Under the pieces are notes generated by a model. It saw only the letters and a program-made list of their open reading frames with translations. It was not told the DNA's origin and did not search any database. Made by a program: the position numbers and the translations under genes. 64,000 nt of DNA from Eledone cirrhosa (Eukaryota). Shown here piece by piece: positions 29,984 through 43,000 of this stretch. The DNA is taken from contig OZ024753.1 of assembly GCA_964016885.1 (NCBI GenBank), positions 42,036,001 through 42,100,000 on the forward strand, in the 5' to 3' direction. Every line of letters begins with the position of its first letter. Position 1 is the stretch's first letter.

Positions 29984-30882
29984 TGTACACACTCGTACAT
30001 AAACACATATATACACATTATACACTCTACAACAATAACTTAAGCCGTTATTTATTAAGGTAAGTTCAGAAAAAGAGAAAAAGACGGCGAAGTGGCTGTC
30101 TGGTTAGGGCATCAGATAGAATACCTTGCGGTATTTGTTCAGGTTATCAGTGAACTGGGGATCAAATACCACCCAGTTTAACTTTGCCTTTCATCCTTTC
30201 TGGATCGTTAAATAATTGTTTCTACTTTTGGCACAAGGCCAGCAATTATCTCAGTGTATTACTGGTACTTTATTTTATCGACCCCGTAAGGATGAAAGGC
30301 AAAGTTAACTTCGGTGGGATTTGAAGGGGGTCGTTAAATAATGTTTTAAGACGAGGGACAACTCTCTCTCTCTCTCTACCCCAGTATATTACTGGTATTT
30401 AACCCCGTAAGGATGAAAGGCAAAGCTAACCTCGGCGGGATTTGAACTGTTGTCCGATGCTTTACCTTTACTGCAACTCCACCGCCTTCATATCTAAATA
30501 TAATAATAAGTTCTACTTTAGGCACAATGCCAAACATTTTTTTTGGGGGGGGGGGGGGGGCTATTCATATCGACCTCAGTGCATTACTGGTACTTTATTT
30601 TCTCAGAAGGATGAAAAGCAAAGTTAACCGTAAAAGGATTTTGAAACAAGAACGTAGAGAAAGATTTGTAAGAAATGCCACAAATCATTTTGTCCGGCGC
30701 TCTCCCGATTCTGCTAATCCACGGCATTTTATGTAAATATAGTAATGTCTAAGACTAACACGAGTGATAGAATTGAAGATGTGGATAATCCCACGTTATA
30801 ACTGGTATAAAATAGTTACAACCTCGTAAATTGAAACTAGGTTGCGACTCAACTCACGCGGTTAATTTCTCCTCTCTAAATA

Positions 30883-31077
30883 CAGGTGTCCCCCAAAAAT
30901 GTATACATACTTTGATTACCTGTACAGACAGGTGTATATTAGAATGGTGTATACATTTTGGGGGGACATATATTAAATATATTAAATATTAAAACTATTA
31001 AAAAATGTATACACACTTTGATTACCTGTACAGACAATTTTCATAGGAATGGTGTATACATATTTGGGGGACACCCC
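30883..31077. mobile_element. Tc1/mariner-like MITE with an internal duplication (partial copy at 420-504)
   Basis: ta|caggtgtcccccaaaaatgtatacat ... tgtatacatatttgggggacacc; homologous to cagggtgtcccaaaaaatgtatacat at 420. Confidence 0.55.
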
Positions 31078-31506
31078 GCATATTAGATATTAAAGCTATT
31101 ACTAGAGACTATTGTGGTTTATCTTATAAGAGGATCAAGACTCCTCCGAGATGACCTGGGTATTAAACCATCGCCCCTTTTAGTTTTATTTATATCCGTA
31201 TTCCTCTTTGACTTAGTCATTTCTATATCTTTTGTTACTCAGCTTTATAACAAATGTCTATTTCGGTGAATTCAATTCTGGGATAATTAATTAAAAAAAT
31301 AGATTTGACACACAACCTAATTAATTAGAGTTGAGATCATCATTAAAAAATGTTGAGGTTAATCTCACAAGCTTAGCAAATTAGGGAAATCTTTAAATTA
31401 AGGAATCTGACATGTATATAAAATTAAAAGCCCCTTAGCTCCTGGTGGAGCTCTGATATACGGCATGTTTTGGGCATTTTAAACCTGGTGGAGCCCATCC
31501 CTCTCC

Positions 31507-31615
<109 letters not shown>

Positions 31616-31754
31616 GAGAGAGAAACAGAGAAAGAGAGTATCGACCCAGTACAGGACTGGTACTTTATTTAACAACCTCGAAAAGTTCAAAGGCTAAGTT
31701 GACCTCGGCAGGTGTGCGTATATTAGTTTAAAACTTGATATAGTCGGAAAAGTG

Positions 31755-31790
31755 TCTTAAGGTTTCGGATATTAGTTCTTCATCAGAAAA
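31755..31790 (-). ncRNA. Degenerate minimal hammerhead, same family as 8425-8462
   Basis: Minus strand: UUUU-CUGAUGA-agaac uaau aucc-GAAAC-CUU-AAGA. Flanks are homologous to 8400-8480 (cttgatatag...tcttaa.gtttcgga). Confidence 0.5.
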
Positions 31791-32016
31791 TAGAAAAATG
31801 AATAAAAGAAGAAATAGAAAGATAGACAAGAGAGGAAAAAAATAGAAATGAATTTTTACTGAAGCCAAACACGTGACTTGTCAGACATTTTGTGTGGAAG
31901 TACGGGTGAGAATGTATCTTAGATATAAGAGAGTTTTTAAAAAGGAGATAATCCTTGTATAGTTTGATTTAACACGTGTGTGTGTATGAGAAGAGGGCTG
32001 TGTGTATGTGTGTGTG

Positions 32017-32052
<36 letters not shown>

Positions 32053-32154
32053 AAAAAATTGAACGGGAACAAAACAGAGAGGCAGTACGAACAAAGGTTT
32101 ATTAGTTTCACGCTCTTGAGAGTGGGGTGGTGATATATATATATATATATATAA

Positions 32155-32278
32155 GTTTATCCCGGGTTCAATCGGGGGTAACCACAGTAAGGTACTCAAT
32201 ACAAAGCAGAGTATAAATATTTAATATAGAAAAGGCTTCTACAATACTAGAACTGTTTCATTCGCGAGAAATCATCAT
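32155..32278 (-). mobile_element. Copy of the 36465 HHR family, truncated at the catalytic core (another inverted, degenerate copy at 36788-36930)
   Basis: Shares cc.ggttcaatcgggggtaaccacagtaag..gtactcaataca and gaactgtttcattcg.gagaaatcatca, then runs into (GT)n. Confidence 0.65.
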
Positions 32279-32745
32279 GTGTGTGTGTGAGTGTGTATTT
32301 GTCTGTGCAAAGCTGTGAAGGGGATGAAGGTCGAATGTGCGTCAGACCGTGACAAAGCCAGCCTCGCTGTTGGGAGTGTACAGGTGTCGTGTGTGTGCGC
32401 ATGCGCGAGCGTTGACCAACGCCGGGAGGGACAATGGGTGACTGGTTGGCTAGGTGTCTATGGACACAATGTGAGTGTAGATCAACTATGTGTGTGTACG
32501 TAGACATACAGATATACGTACATATAGACACAGGTAGACACACAGACACACAAGTGGAAGGGAACTTAGGGTGTTGCAAGGAAAGCAGGGCGGGGGAGGG
32601 ATGACCCCCCCCCCCTCCCGTGTCATGTATATGGTGGTAAGAGATACCGCAAGGTATCATGTACCACAGTACAGTCACTGAACAACATATTTATATGTGT
32701 GTATGTGGATAGCAATAGATAGATAAGTATGTGTGTTGTCAATAA

Positions 32746-32785
<40 letters not shown>

Positions 32786-32786
<1 letters not shown>

Positions 32787-32973
32787 GGAAAATGTTCAAG
32801 ACCCCGACGGCAGAGCTCAAGCCGTTTCGCCGGCTATTTCTGGACTGAAACAGCCGGCGAAATGTCTTGAGCTCTGCCGTCTTGAACATTTTCCTATTAC
32901 CCACTCTACTACCCAAAGTATTGAGTACTCTGATGCGTTATGGTCCACCTGGTTCCTTACCACACTTCCTTCG

Positions 32974-32975
<2 letters not shown>
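32786..32975 (+). mobile_element. Family H1 copy with inverted 5' arm
   Basis: Homologous to 772-954 and flanked by (TA)n. Confidence 0.75.
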
Positions 32976-33020
<45 letters not shown>

Positions 33021-33054
33021 ACCCACACCAAACACTCCATAGCCTATTCCCAAT

Positions 33055-33199
33055 TCCTAGGAAAAGAGTCAGGACCCCGACGGCTGAGCTCCGGCCGTTA
33101 CGACAGCTAGATCCGAACTACTACCCACTCTACTACCCTATGTATTGAGTACTCTGGTGCGTTATGGTCCACCTGGTTCCTTACCACAACTCCTTCGTT
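33055..33199 (+). mobile_element. Family H1 copy, inverted with a deletion
   Basis: The inverted arm (ggaccccgacggctgagctc) joins directly to the tail tacccactctactacc. Confidence 0.65.
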
Positions 33200-33624
33200 A
33201 TATATATATACACACACCAGGTCCGAACACGAAGGAACCAAACTCCCACTGCCCCTGTATCTACAACTCTCCCCATTAGTCACCATTATGAGTAAATGGT
33301 GGCCCACGAGCTGGCAACCCCACGGTCCACGGCAGACAGAATAGAGAAGGCGTTTCTCCGGAGGATGGTGAGGGAGATGTGCTGGAAGAGCAACCATTCC
33401 ATCTCACGAGGCCCACACCTGCGGGTAACCAACTCTGAACTACGGACGAGTGTGTAGTCATTGCGTGGCGGAGGTGGATGAACCTGGAAGTGGTGGAGCA
33501 CCGGTATAAATATTGGTGAAGAATTTACATCCAACGTCAACATAACCGCGGCAATGGGTTCCACGGGGACCCAGTAGTGGCACACTCTGACGGCACCTGT
33601 ACTTGTCTTAGTACATGACTTAGT

Positions 33625-34700
33625 GGCTTGCAATCGAAAGGTTGTGAGTTCAATTCTCGGACCGGGTGATGTGTTGTTTCCTTGAGCAAGACACTTTATT
33701 TCACGTTGCTCCAGTGAAGGTGCATGGCTTAGTGGTTAGAGCATTGGGCTTGCAATCGAAAGGTTGTGAGTTCAATTCTCGGATCGGGTGATGTGTTGTT
33801 TCCTTGAGCAAGACACTTTATTTCACGTTGCTCCAGTGAAGGTGCATGGCTTAGTGGTTAGAGCCTTGGGCTTGCAATCGAAAGGTTGTGAGTTCAATTC
33901 TCGGACCGGGTGATGTGTTGTTTCCTTGAGCAAGACACTTTATTTCACGTTGCTCCAGTGAAGGTGCATGGCTTAGTGGTTAGAGCCTTGGGCTTGCAAT
34001 CGAAAGGTTGTGAGTTCAATTCTCGGACCGGGTGATGTGTTGTTTCCTTGAGCAAGACACTTTATTTCACGTTGCTCCAGTGAAGGTGCATGGCTTAGTG
34101 GTTAGAGCCTTGGGCTTGCAATCGAAAGGTTGTGAGTTCAATTCTCGGATCGGGTGATGTGTTGTTTCCTTGAGCAAGACACTTTATTTCACGTTGCTCC
34201 AGTGAAGGTGCATGGCTTAGTGGTTAGAGCCTTGGGCTTGCAATCGAAAGGTTGTGAGTTCAATTCTCGGACCGGGTGATGTGTTGTTTCCTTGAGCAAG
34301 ACACTTTATTTCACGTTGCTCCAGTGAAGGTGCATGGCTTAGTGGTTAGAGCCTTGGGCTTGCAATCGAAAGGTTGTGAGTTCAATTCTCAGACCGGGTG
34401 ATGTGTTGTTTCCTTGAACAAGACACTTTATTTGACGTTGCTCCAGTGAAGGCGCATGCTTAGCGGTTAGAGCTTTGGGCTTGCAATCGAAAGGTTGTGA
34501 GTTCAATTCTCAGACCGGGTGATGTGTTGTTTCCTTGAGCAAGACACTTTATTTCACGTTGCTCCAGTTTACTCAGCTGTAGAAATGAGATGATAGGGAC
34601 TGGGGTCCCTATCATTAAATCACCCAAGACACCTCCAACGAGATATACCTTGGAGGAGGCCGGCTAAACCTGCATAGGTGTGAGCTGTCACAACAACAAC
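33625..34700 (+). repeat. Tandem array of ~8 x 122-bp SINE-B heads ending in one full SINE-B
   Basis: Unit starts tgaagg(t/c)gcatg at 33715, 33837, 33959, 34081, 34203, 34325 and 34447. Confidence 0.9.
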
Positions 34701-35351
34701 ACCAACAACACCAGTACTTGTGTACTGTCAAGCGAGTGACATCAAGTGCTGGGTGTCACTGGTGTGTGATGTAGGAACACGTGAATATGTGTATGTGTAT
34801 ACACATACACATACATGTATACACATACATGTATACACATACATGTATACACATACATGTATACACATACATGTATACACATACATGTATACACATACAT
34901 GTATACACATACATGTATACACATACATGTATACACATACAAATACATGTATATGAATGCATCTAAAAGTGTGACGGCAGGGAAGGTAGCGGGGATGGAG
35001 TGGCCGTATGTGTGTGTGTCTGTGTTTATGTGAGTGTCTGTGTTTATGTGAGTGTGTGTGTATGAGTGTAAGTGTGTGTCGGTGTGTGTGTATGTATGAG
35101 TGTTTATGTGAGCGTGTGCATATGTGAGTGTGTGTGTGTGTGAGTGTATGTATGAGAGTGTTGGTGAGTGTGTGCATGTGTGTGTATGTATGAATGTATG
35201 TGTGAGTGTGTGTGTATGTGTGTATGTATGTATGAGTGTATCGTTGAGTGTGTATGTGTGTGTATGTATGAATGTATGTGTGAGTGTGTGTGTGTGTGTA
35301 CGGGAGGGTAATTCGTGTGTAGTGGGACCGATGTGTCCAAAAGGGTGGATA

Positions 35352-35385
<34 letters not shown>

Positions 35386-35821
35386 ATTGCTGTTCTTTTT
35401 GTTGATGATGTTGCTGTTATTAATATTGCTGTTGTTACTGTTATTGTTGTTGTTGTTGTTGTTGTTACTGTTCTTACTGTTGTTGTTATTGTTGCTGTTT
35501 TGACACATCTTACAAACCCCTACTCCCCTCACCCCTCCCTCCCCACCCATCCACACACCCCACCCTGACAGCAGTGTCAACAGCAATCCACCAGACACGT
35601 CCCTCCCCCGCCACCGTCATCACCAGTCTTTACTTTACTTCACACAAATAATTCCATAATCGGATTATAACGCAAAGTGTCAGCAAAGATTCCGCGGGGC
35701 CTGGAGAGTACTGTGGGGGTGTGTGGCAGGGAATAGTGGTAGGGGTGATGGAACTCTCAGTGAGTGTAGGGGGTGAGAGCGTCAGTATTTGTAGGGGTTG
35801 GGAGTTGAACAATTTAATTTA

Positions 35822-35930
<109 letters not shown>

Positions 35931-36018
35931 GTAATAATAATAAATTTGAAGACTAAAATCCGAAGAGGGCTCGATAAGGATAAATATATATCAAATATAT
36001 AAGAACCGTAGAGCAAAT

Positions 36019-36069
36019 AGTTTCTGAAGATCCCGTTAAGGGTGAAAGCAGCGATTCTTTGCTTAAACT
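36019..36069 (+). ncRNA. Type I hammerhead ribozyme motif, apparently complete (second family)
   Basis: AGUUU-CUGAAGA-uCCC guuaa GGGu-GAA-AGCAG cgauucu UUGCU-U-AAACU. Stem I is 5 bp, stem III is 5 bp and the triplet is CUU. Confidence 0.72.
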
Positions 36070-36336
36070 TTAATCTGTTATTTTAATAAATATATATATA
36101 TATATACATATATATACATATATATACACACACATATATATACATATATACGATACTAACAAATGGAGACTATATTTATAAAACCATATTTTTTATAAAA
36201 CCATATTTATTTCATCTATAAATATAGTCTCCATTTGTTAATATCGTATGTTTACTCCAATTATTTGTTGAGTGCTTTATATCAGTTATAAAAATATTTG
36301 CTTGTTGTATCCCAACAATTTAAATAGAACTTTTAC

Positions 36337-36393
<57 letters not shown>

Positions 36394-36464
36394 GTAATCC
36401 CAGGTTCAATCGGGGGTAACCACAGTAAGTAAGGTACTCAATACAAAACAGATAAATATAGAAA

Positions 36465-36515
36465 AGCTTCTACAGGACTAGAACTGTTTCATTCGTGAGA
36501 AATCATCAGGAAGCT
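36465..36515 (-). ncRNA. Type I hammerhead ribozyme motif, apparently complete
   Basis: Minus strand: AGCUUC-CUGAUGA-uUUC ucac GAAu-GAA-ACAG uucuaguc CUGU-A-GAAGCU. Stem I is 6 bp, the core is intact, stem III is 4 bp and the cleavage triplet is GUA. Confidence 0.8.
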
Positions 36516-36998
36516 GACTGTCCAAGTAAATATGGTGGTATTTATATCTTTTCTGGTGGTAGGAGAGGGTGGGGATTGGGATGGGTGGAGGTCATTGGTT
36601 GATGGGTTTAAAGAAAAGGGAATTCTTTAAAAGTTAATTCTTTAAAGTTATTATTTATATTTAGAGTCACTCTAAATATAAATAATAGCTTTAATATCTC
36701 TATGAACAAGACATGTTCGCCTGACCTGTCTAGCCACATAACGTGACAACATGTCTAACCCATATATATATATATGTATGTGTGTGTACCGGGTTCAATC
36801 AGGGGTGACCACAATTAGTAAGGTACTCAATACATTAGAAGAGTGTAAACATCAAATTTAATATAGAGGTTTCCTGATAATTTCTTTTGAATAAAACAGT
36901 TCTAGTCCCGTAGAAGCCATTTCTATATAAAACATGATGTGGGGTGTGTGTGTATGTGCGTGTGTGCGTGTGCGTGTGCGTGTGTGTGTGTGCGTGCA

Positions 36999-37091
<93 letters not shown>

Positions 37092-39519
37092 CATTAGACA
37101 TACAATAACTAAAGGGTTAAGCGGTAATGATGTGAATTAAACTTAGCAGTTGCAAAACGGAGAGAATCAATTTAAAAAAAAAAGGGTTTTTAAGAGACCG
37201 AGAGAAAAGAAAGTCATCTCCCTTTTTTCCCAACCGGATATAGTACCGGTTGGGAGAAGGGAGATAACTCTAGAGCTATTTCGTCATTATCTTCCAAACC
37301 CGGTTTATATAGACGCTGTTAAACTGTAAGTATGTTTTAATTATTTAACATTTACATTATATCCGGCAAACATGGTTTCATATATTTATAGTCCACATGA
37401 ATAAAGAACTGAGTCCAAGATAATAACTTTCTTTCCTTAGCAATAACTGCCCCCCCCCCCTCCTAAATGGAACCAGCGGAAGAACGAGCCTTTATGTGGT
37501 GGATGCTCAGTCCGTTAGATATAGCAGCTACATCCATCTCCAACAACACAGTTTATCGTCTTTAAAAAAAGGAAGGAGGAGAGATAGAATAGATGATGCA
37601 GTCCTAAATAAAAAGATAAAGGGGATACAGCTAGGGTTGTTATGATTTTGATCGTAAATAAACGATGTCTGAAAGAAAACAACCGTAGTTACACGCTACA
37701 ATATGTTACCATGGTACATTGATGTTGCCCTCTAAAACATTTCCGTGTTCTGCTAATAATTATTAAACTATTAATTTAATTATAAAATGTTCTAGGTAAA
37801 TAATTTAAAATTAAAAAAATATTTAATGTTTATGACATCGCTGTTCTGTTCGTCGTCAAATAATAACTTATTTATATATTTACGATTTACTAAATCTTAA
37901 GGTCGTGACTTTCCTACGCCCTACCTTCGTTATATAATGATCTATGGCTTCCTATGTGAGGGGGAACTAGTATCAGTGAAGGGCACGGCTTCGTTATAGT
38001 TAGGGTGGTGGGTATACGATCGTAAAATGGTGAGTTCGATTCCTAGACGGGTTGACAAATTGTACCAAAACACTATTTCACGTTACTTTGGTTCACTCAG
38101 CTGGGAAAAAATTAGTTGCAACGATACTAGAACTAAACTGCATCCGTTTTTGCCTTTCTTTTCGACAACAACATATACAATTGTTTCTACTTTTGGCACA
38201 AGGCCAATAGTTATACCAGTGTATTACTGGTACTTTATTTTATGTACATATAGTGTGTATATAATGTATATATAGTGTGTATATAATGTAAATATAGTGT
38301 CTATATAATGTATATATGATGTATATATAGTGTATATATAGTGTATATATATATCATGCATATATAGTGTATATGTATAATATATATATAGAGTATATAT
38401 AATGTATAAATAGTGTATATATTATGTATATATAGTGTGTATATAATGCCGTCTTGACGTATGCCGCTATGGGTAAGGTTTGGCACAGATACTAAATTGA
38501 AGATAGCGAGTTTAGCTTTTACACCTACCCCCATTTTTCTGATTACCGAATGCTGGCAATCAATGTTTATCATTGACCAACAGTTAAAAATATAAATATT
38601 AATATAGTTCCTCAAAGTTCAATATGTGACCAAAAACTCGATGATAAAATGGGAGGTTGAGGTCAGCTTATATAAGTCATCTAAACAATGTGTTGATTAG
38701 CTGCCTCAGTTTATAAATGGAGTTTGGATTTCTCGGACATAAAAAGGAGGGAATTGGATTGGCCTATAATCGAGTATATATGGTAATTCCCTTATTTAAC
38801 CCCTGACCATGAAAAATATTGAATAATTTAGAAGAAATTAGACATAATTTAAATTGAATTTAGCAATAATAGGGAATGTAAGAAAAAAATATTAGACTTA
38901 TCTTAAATTAAATTGTTGCAGGTCAACTCCTGCAAGGAGAGAATTCCTGAGAGATGACATTCTGAGGAAAAAAAACAGGGTGTTGTGATTAGCGAGGGGT
39001 GGTGGGCATAATATGGATGAGGTGAGACGAAACAAAATAGTAAATTATAATAGACTACTGTGTGTATTTCTCCACACTGTCATTAAACAATTATTCAATC
39101 AGGATTATTATTAACTATAAAATAATCAAATCAATTCAGTAATTTCTACTTTTCTCCCATCTCCAAGTTTATCTGACTGTTTTAGATATTTCTTCCTAAA
39201 CTTTTCTCAAGAAGTTTTCATCAAAAGTTTTCCTAAAACAAGCACCCAGTCCACCCTGTGAAGTGGTCATTTTGGTGCCACAATAAAAATCACCCAATCC
39301 TCATTCAGTTCTGTATGAGCAAGACAGTCATCTGATCTGACCAATGCTAGCGTGGAAAAGGGACGTTAAACGGTGATGATGATGATGTATATATGAGAAG
39401 GTATATTTCCAGATGAAAGTTGGAAATTACCACTGTAACCATATTTCACAAACCATTCAAAGTAAACTAGTAGCTCTGTCAGTTACGTCCCTTGCACCTC
39501 GCTATATCATATACTGTCA

Positions 39520-39863
39520 TCATCATCATCATCATCATCATTTTACATCCACTTTTCCCTGCTTGCAAGGGTGGGATGGGAACTGATTCTGGCTTGATTT
39601 CTACAGCTGGATGCCCTTCCTAACACCAACCTCATTTACAGTGAGTGCTGGGTGCTTTTTCGCCGTGGCACCTCCACGACCACTTTACAGTGGAATGATA
39701 GGGACCCCGGTCCCTATCATCTCATTTCTACAGCTGAGTAAACTGGAGCAATGTGAAATAAAGTGTCTTGCTCAAGGAAACAACACATCACCTGGTCTGA
39801 GAATTGAACTCACAACCTTTTGATTGAAAGGCCAATGCTCTAACCACTAAGCCATGTGCCTCC
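39520..39863 (-). mobile_element. Composite SINE: family B head joined to a family C body with (GAT)n tail (also 59925-60240 - and 61155-61590 +)
   Basis: B head joined at gatagggac..gtccctatc to aagtggtcgtggaggtgccac...ggttggtgttaggaagggcatccagctgtagaaa. Confidence 0.7.
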
Positions 39864-40059
39864 ATTGTCATAACTAGAAATGGTTTTAAAAGTGAATTAG
39901 AAATAGTTTATTCTTTATGTATTCAAACTACATGAAGGAAAAGACATGAGCTCAATAAAATAATAGTTTTTGTAGTTATTAGGGTAATTTTTCTCACATC
40001 TTCCCATAACTGCTGTAGACAGTTATTGAAGTGTCACTTGAGACTTTCCAGCAGTCACT

Positions 40060-43000
40060 TTGGCCACTGGTCTCTCTCTCTCCTCCATCAATCAGAGAAG
40101 GGTCACTGTGTTGTGGTCAGTCCAGTTATTGGCCACTGGTCTCTCTCTCTCCTCCATCAATCACAGAAGGGTCACTGTGTTGTGGTCAGTCCAGTTATTG
40201 GCCACTGGTCTCTCTCTCTCCTCCATCAATCACAGAAGGGTCACTGTGTTGTGGTCAGTCCAGTTATTGGCCACTGGTCTCTCTCTCTCCTCCATCAATC
40301 ACAGAAGGGTCACTGTGTTGTGGTCAGTCCAGTTATTGGCCACTGGTCTCTCTCTCTCCTCCATCAATCACAGAAGGGTCACTGTGTTGTGGTCAGTCCA
40401 GTTATTGGCCACTGGTCTCTCTCTCTCCTCCATCAATCAGAGAAGGGTCACTGTGTTGTGGTCAGTCCAGTTATTGGCCACTGGTCTCTCTCTGCCCTCC
40501 ATCAAGCACAGAAGGGTCACTGTGTTGTGGTCAGTCCAGTTATTGGCCACTGGTCTCTCTCTCTCCTCCATCAATCACAGAAGGGTCACTGTGTTGTGGT
40601 CAGTCCAGTTATTGGCCACTGGTCTCTCTCTGCCCTCCATCAAGCACAGAAGGGTCACTGTGTTGTGGTCAGTCCAGTTATTGGCCACTGGTCTCTCTCT
40701 CTCCTCCATCAATCACAGAAGGGTCACTGTGTTGTGGTCAGTCCAGTTATTGGCCACTGGTCTCTCTCTCTCCTCCATCAATCACAGAAGGGTCACTGTG
40801 TTGTGGTCAGTCCAGTTATTGGCCACTGGTCTCTCTCTCTCCTCCATCAATCACAGAAGGGTCACTGTGTTGTGGTCAGTCCAGTTATTGGCCACTGGTC
40901 TCTCTCTCTCCTCCATCAATCAGAGAAGGGTCACTGTGTTGTGGTCAGTCCAGTTATTGGCCACTGGTCTCTCTCTGCCCTCCATCAAGCACAGAAGGGT
41001 CACTGTGTTGTGGTCAGTCCAGTTATTGGCCACTGGTCTCTCTCTCTCCTCCATCAATCACAGAAGGGTCACTGTGTTGTGGTCAGTCCAGTTATTGGCC
41101 ACTGGTCTCTCTCTCTCCTCCATCAATCACAGAAGGGTCACTGTGTTGTGGTCAGTCCAGTTATTGGCCACTGGTCTCTCTCTCTCCTCCATCAATCAGA
41201 GAAGGGTCACTGTGTTGTGGTCAGTCCAGTTATTGGCCACTGGTCTCTCTCTCTCCTCCATCAATCACAGAAGGGTCACTGTGTTGTGGTCAGTCCAGTT
41301 ATTGGCCACTGGTCTCTCTCTCTCCTCCATCAATCAGAGAAGGGTCACTGTGTTGTGGTCAGTCCAGTTATTGGCCACTGGTCTCTCTCTCTCCTCCATC
41401 AATCACAGAAGGGTCACTGTGTTGTGGTCAGTCCAGTTATTGGCCACTGGTCTCTCTCTCTCCTCCATCAATCACAGAAGGGTCACTGTGTTGTGGTCAG
41501 TCCAGTTATTGGCCACTGGTCTCTCTCTCTCCTCCATCAATCAGAGAAGGGTCACTGTGTTGTGGTCAGTCCAGTTATTGGCCACTGGTCTCTCTCTCTC
41601 CTCCATCAATCACAGAAGGGTCACTGTGTTGTGGTCAGTCCAGTTATTGGCCACTGGTCTCTCTCTGCCCTCCATCAATCACAGAAGGGTCACTGTGTTG
41701 TGGTCAGTCCAGTTATTGGCCACTGGTCTCTCTCTGCCCTCCATCAAGCACAGAAGGGTCACTGTGTTGTGGTCAGTCCAGTTATTGGCCACTGGTCTCT
41801 CTCTCTCCTCCATCAATCACAGAAGGGTCACTGTGTTGTGGTCAGTCCAGTTATTGGCCACTGGTCTCTCTCTCTCCTCCATCAATCACAGAAGGGTCAC
41901 TGTGTTGTGGTCAGTCCAGTTATTGGCCACTGGTCTCTCTCTGCCCTCCATCAAGCACAGAAGGGTCACTGTGTTGTGGTCAGTCCAGTTATTGGCCACT
42001 GGTCTCTCTCTCTCCTCCATCAATCAGAGAAGGGTCACTGTGTTGTGGTCAGTCCAGTTATTGGCCACTGGTCTCTCTCTCTCCTCCATCAATCACAGAA
42101 GGGTCACTGTGTTGTGGTCAGTCCAGTTATTGGCCACTGGTCTCTCTCTCTCCTCCATCAATCACAGAAGGGTCACTGTGTTGTGGTCAGTCCAGTTATT
42201 GGCCACTGGTCTCTCTCTCTCCTCCATCAATCAGAGAAGGGTCACTGTGTTGTGGTCAGTCCAGTTATTGGCCACTGGTCTCTCTCTCTCCTCCATCAAT
42301 CAGAGAAGGGTCACTGTGTTGTGGTCAGTCCAGTTATTGGCCACTGGTCTCTCTCTCTCCTCCATCAATCACAGAAGGGTCACTGTGTTGTGGTCAGTCC
42401 AGTTATTGGCCACTGGTCTCTCTCTCTCCTCCATCAATCACAGAAGGGTCACTGTGTTGTGGTCAGTCCAGTTATTGGCCACTGGTCTCTCTCTGCCCTC
42501 CATCAAGCACAGAAGGGTCACTGTGTTGTGGTCAGTCCAGTTATTGGCCACTGGTCTCTCTCTGCCCTCCATCAATCACAGAAGGGTCACTGTGTTGTGG
42601 TCAGTCCAGTTATTGGCCACTGGTCTCTCTCTGCCCTCCATCAAGCACAGAAGGGTCACTGTGTTGTGGTCAGTCCAGTTATTGGCCACTGGTCTCTCTC
42701 TCTCCTCCATCAATCACAGAAGGGTCACTGTGTTGTGGTCAGTCCAGTTATTGGCCACTGGTCTCTCTCTCTCCTCCATCAATCAGAGAAGGGTCACTGT
42801 GTTGTGGTCAGTCCAGTTATTGGCCACTGGTCTCTCTCTCTCCTCCATCAATCACAGAAGGGTCGCAGTGTTGTGGTCAGTCCAGTTATTGGCCACTGGT
42901 CTCTCTCTCTCCTCCATCAATCACAGAAGGGTCACTGTGTTGTGGTCAGTCCAGTTATTGGCCACTGGTCTCTCTCTCTCCTCCATCAATCACAGAAGGG

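Noticed and set aside
33715-34520. tRNA gene cluster
   Set aside because: The units are SINE heads that continue into the SINE core, with no clear acceptor stem or terminator.
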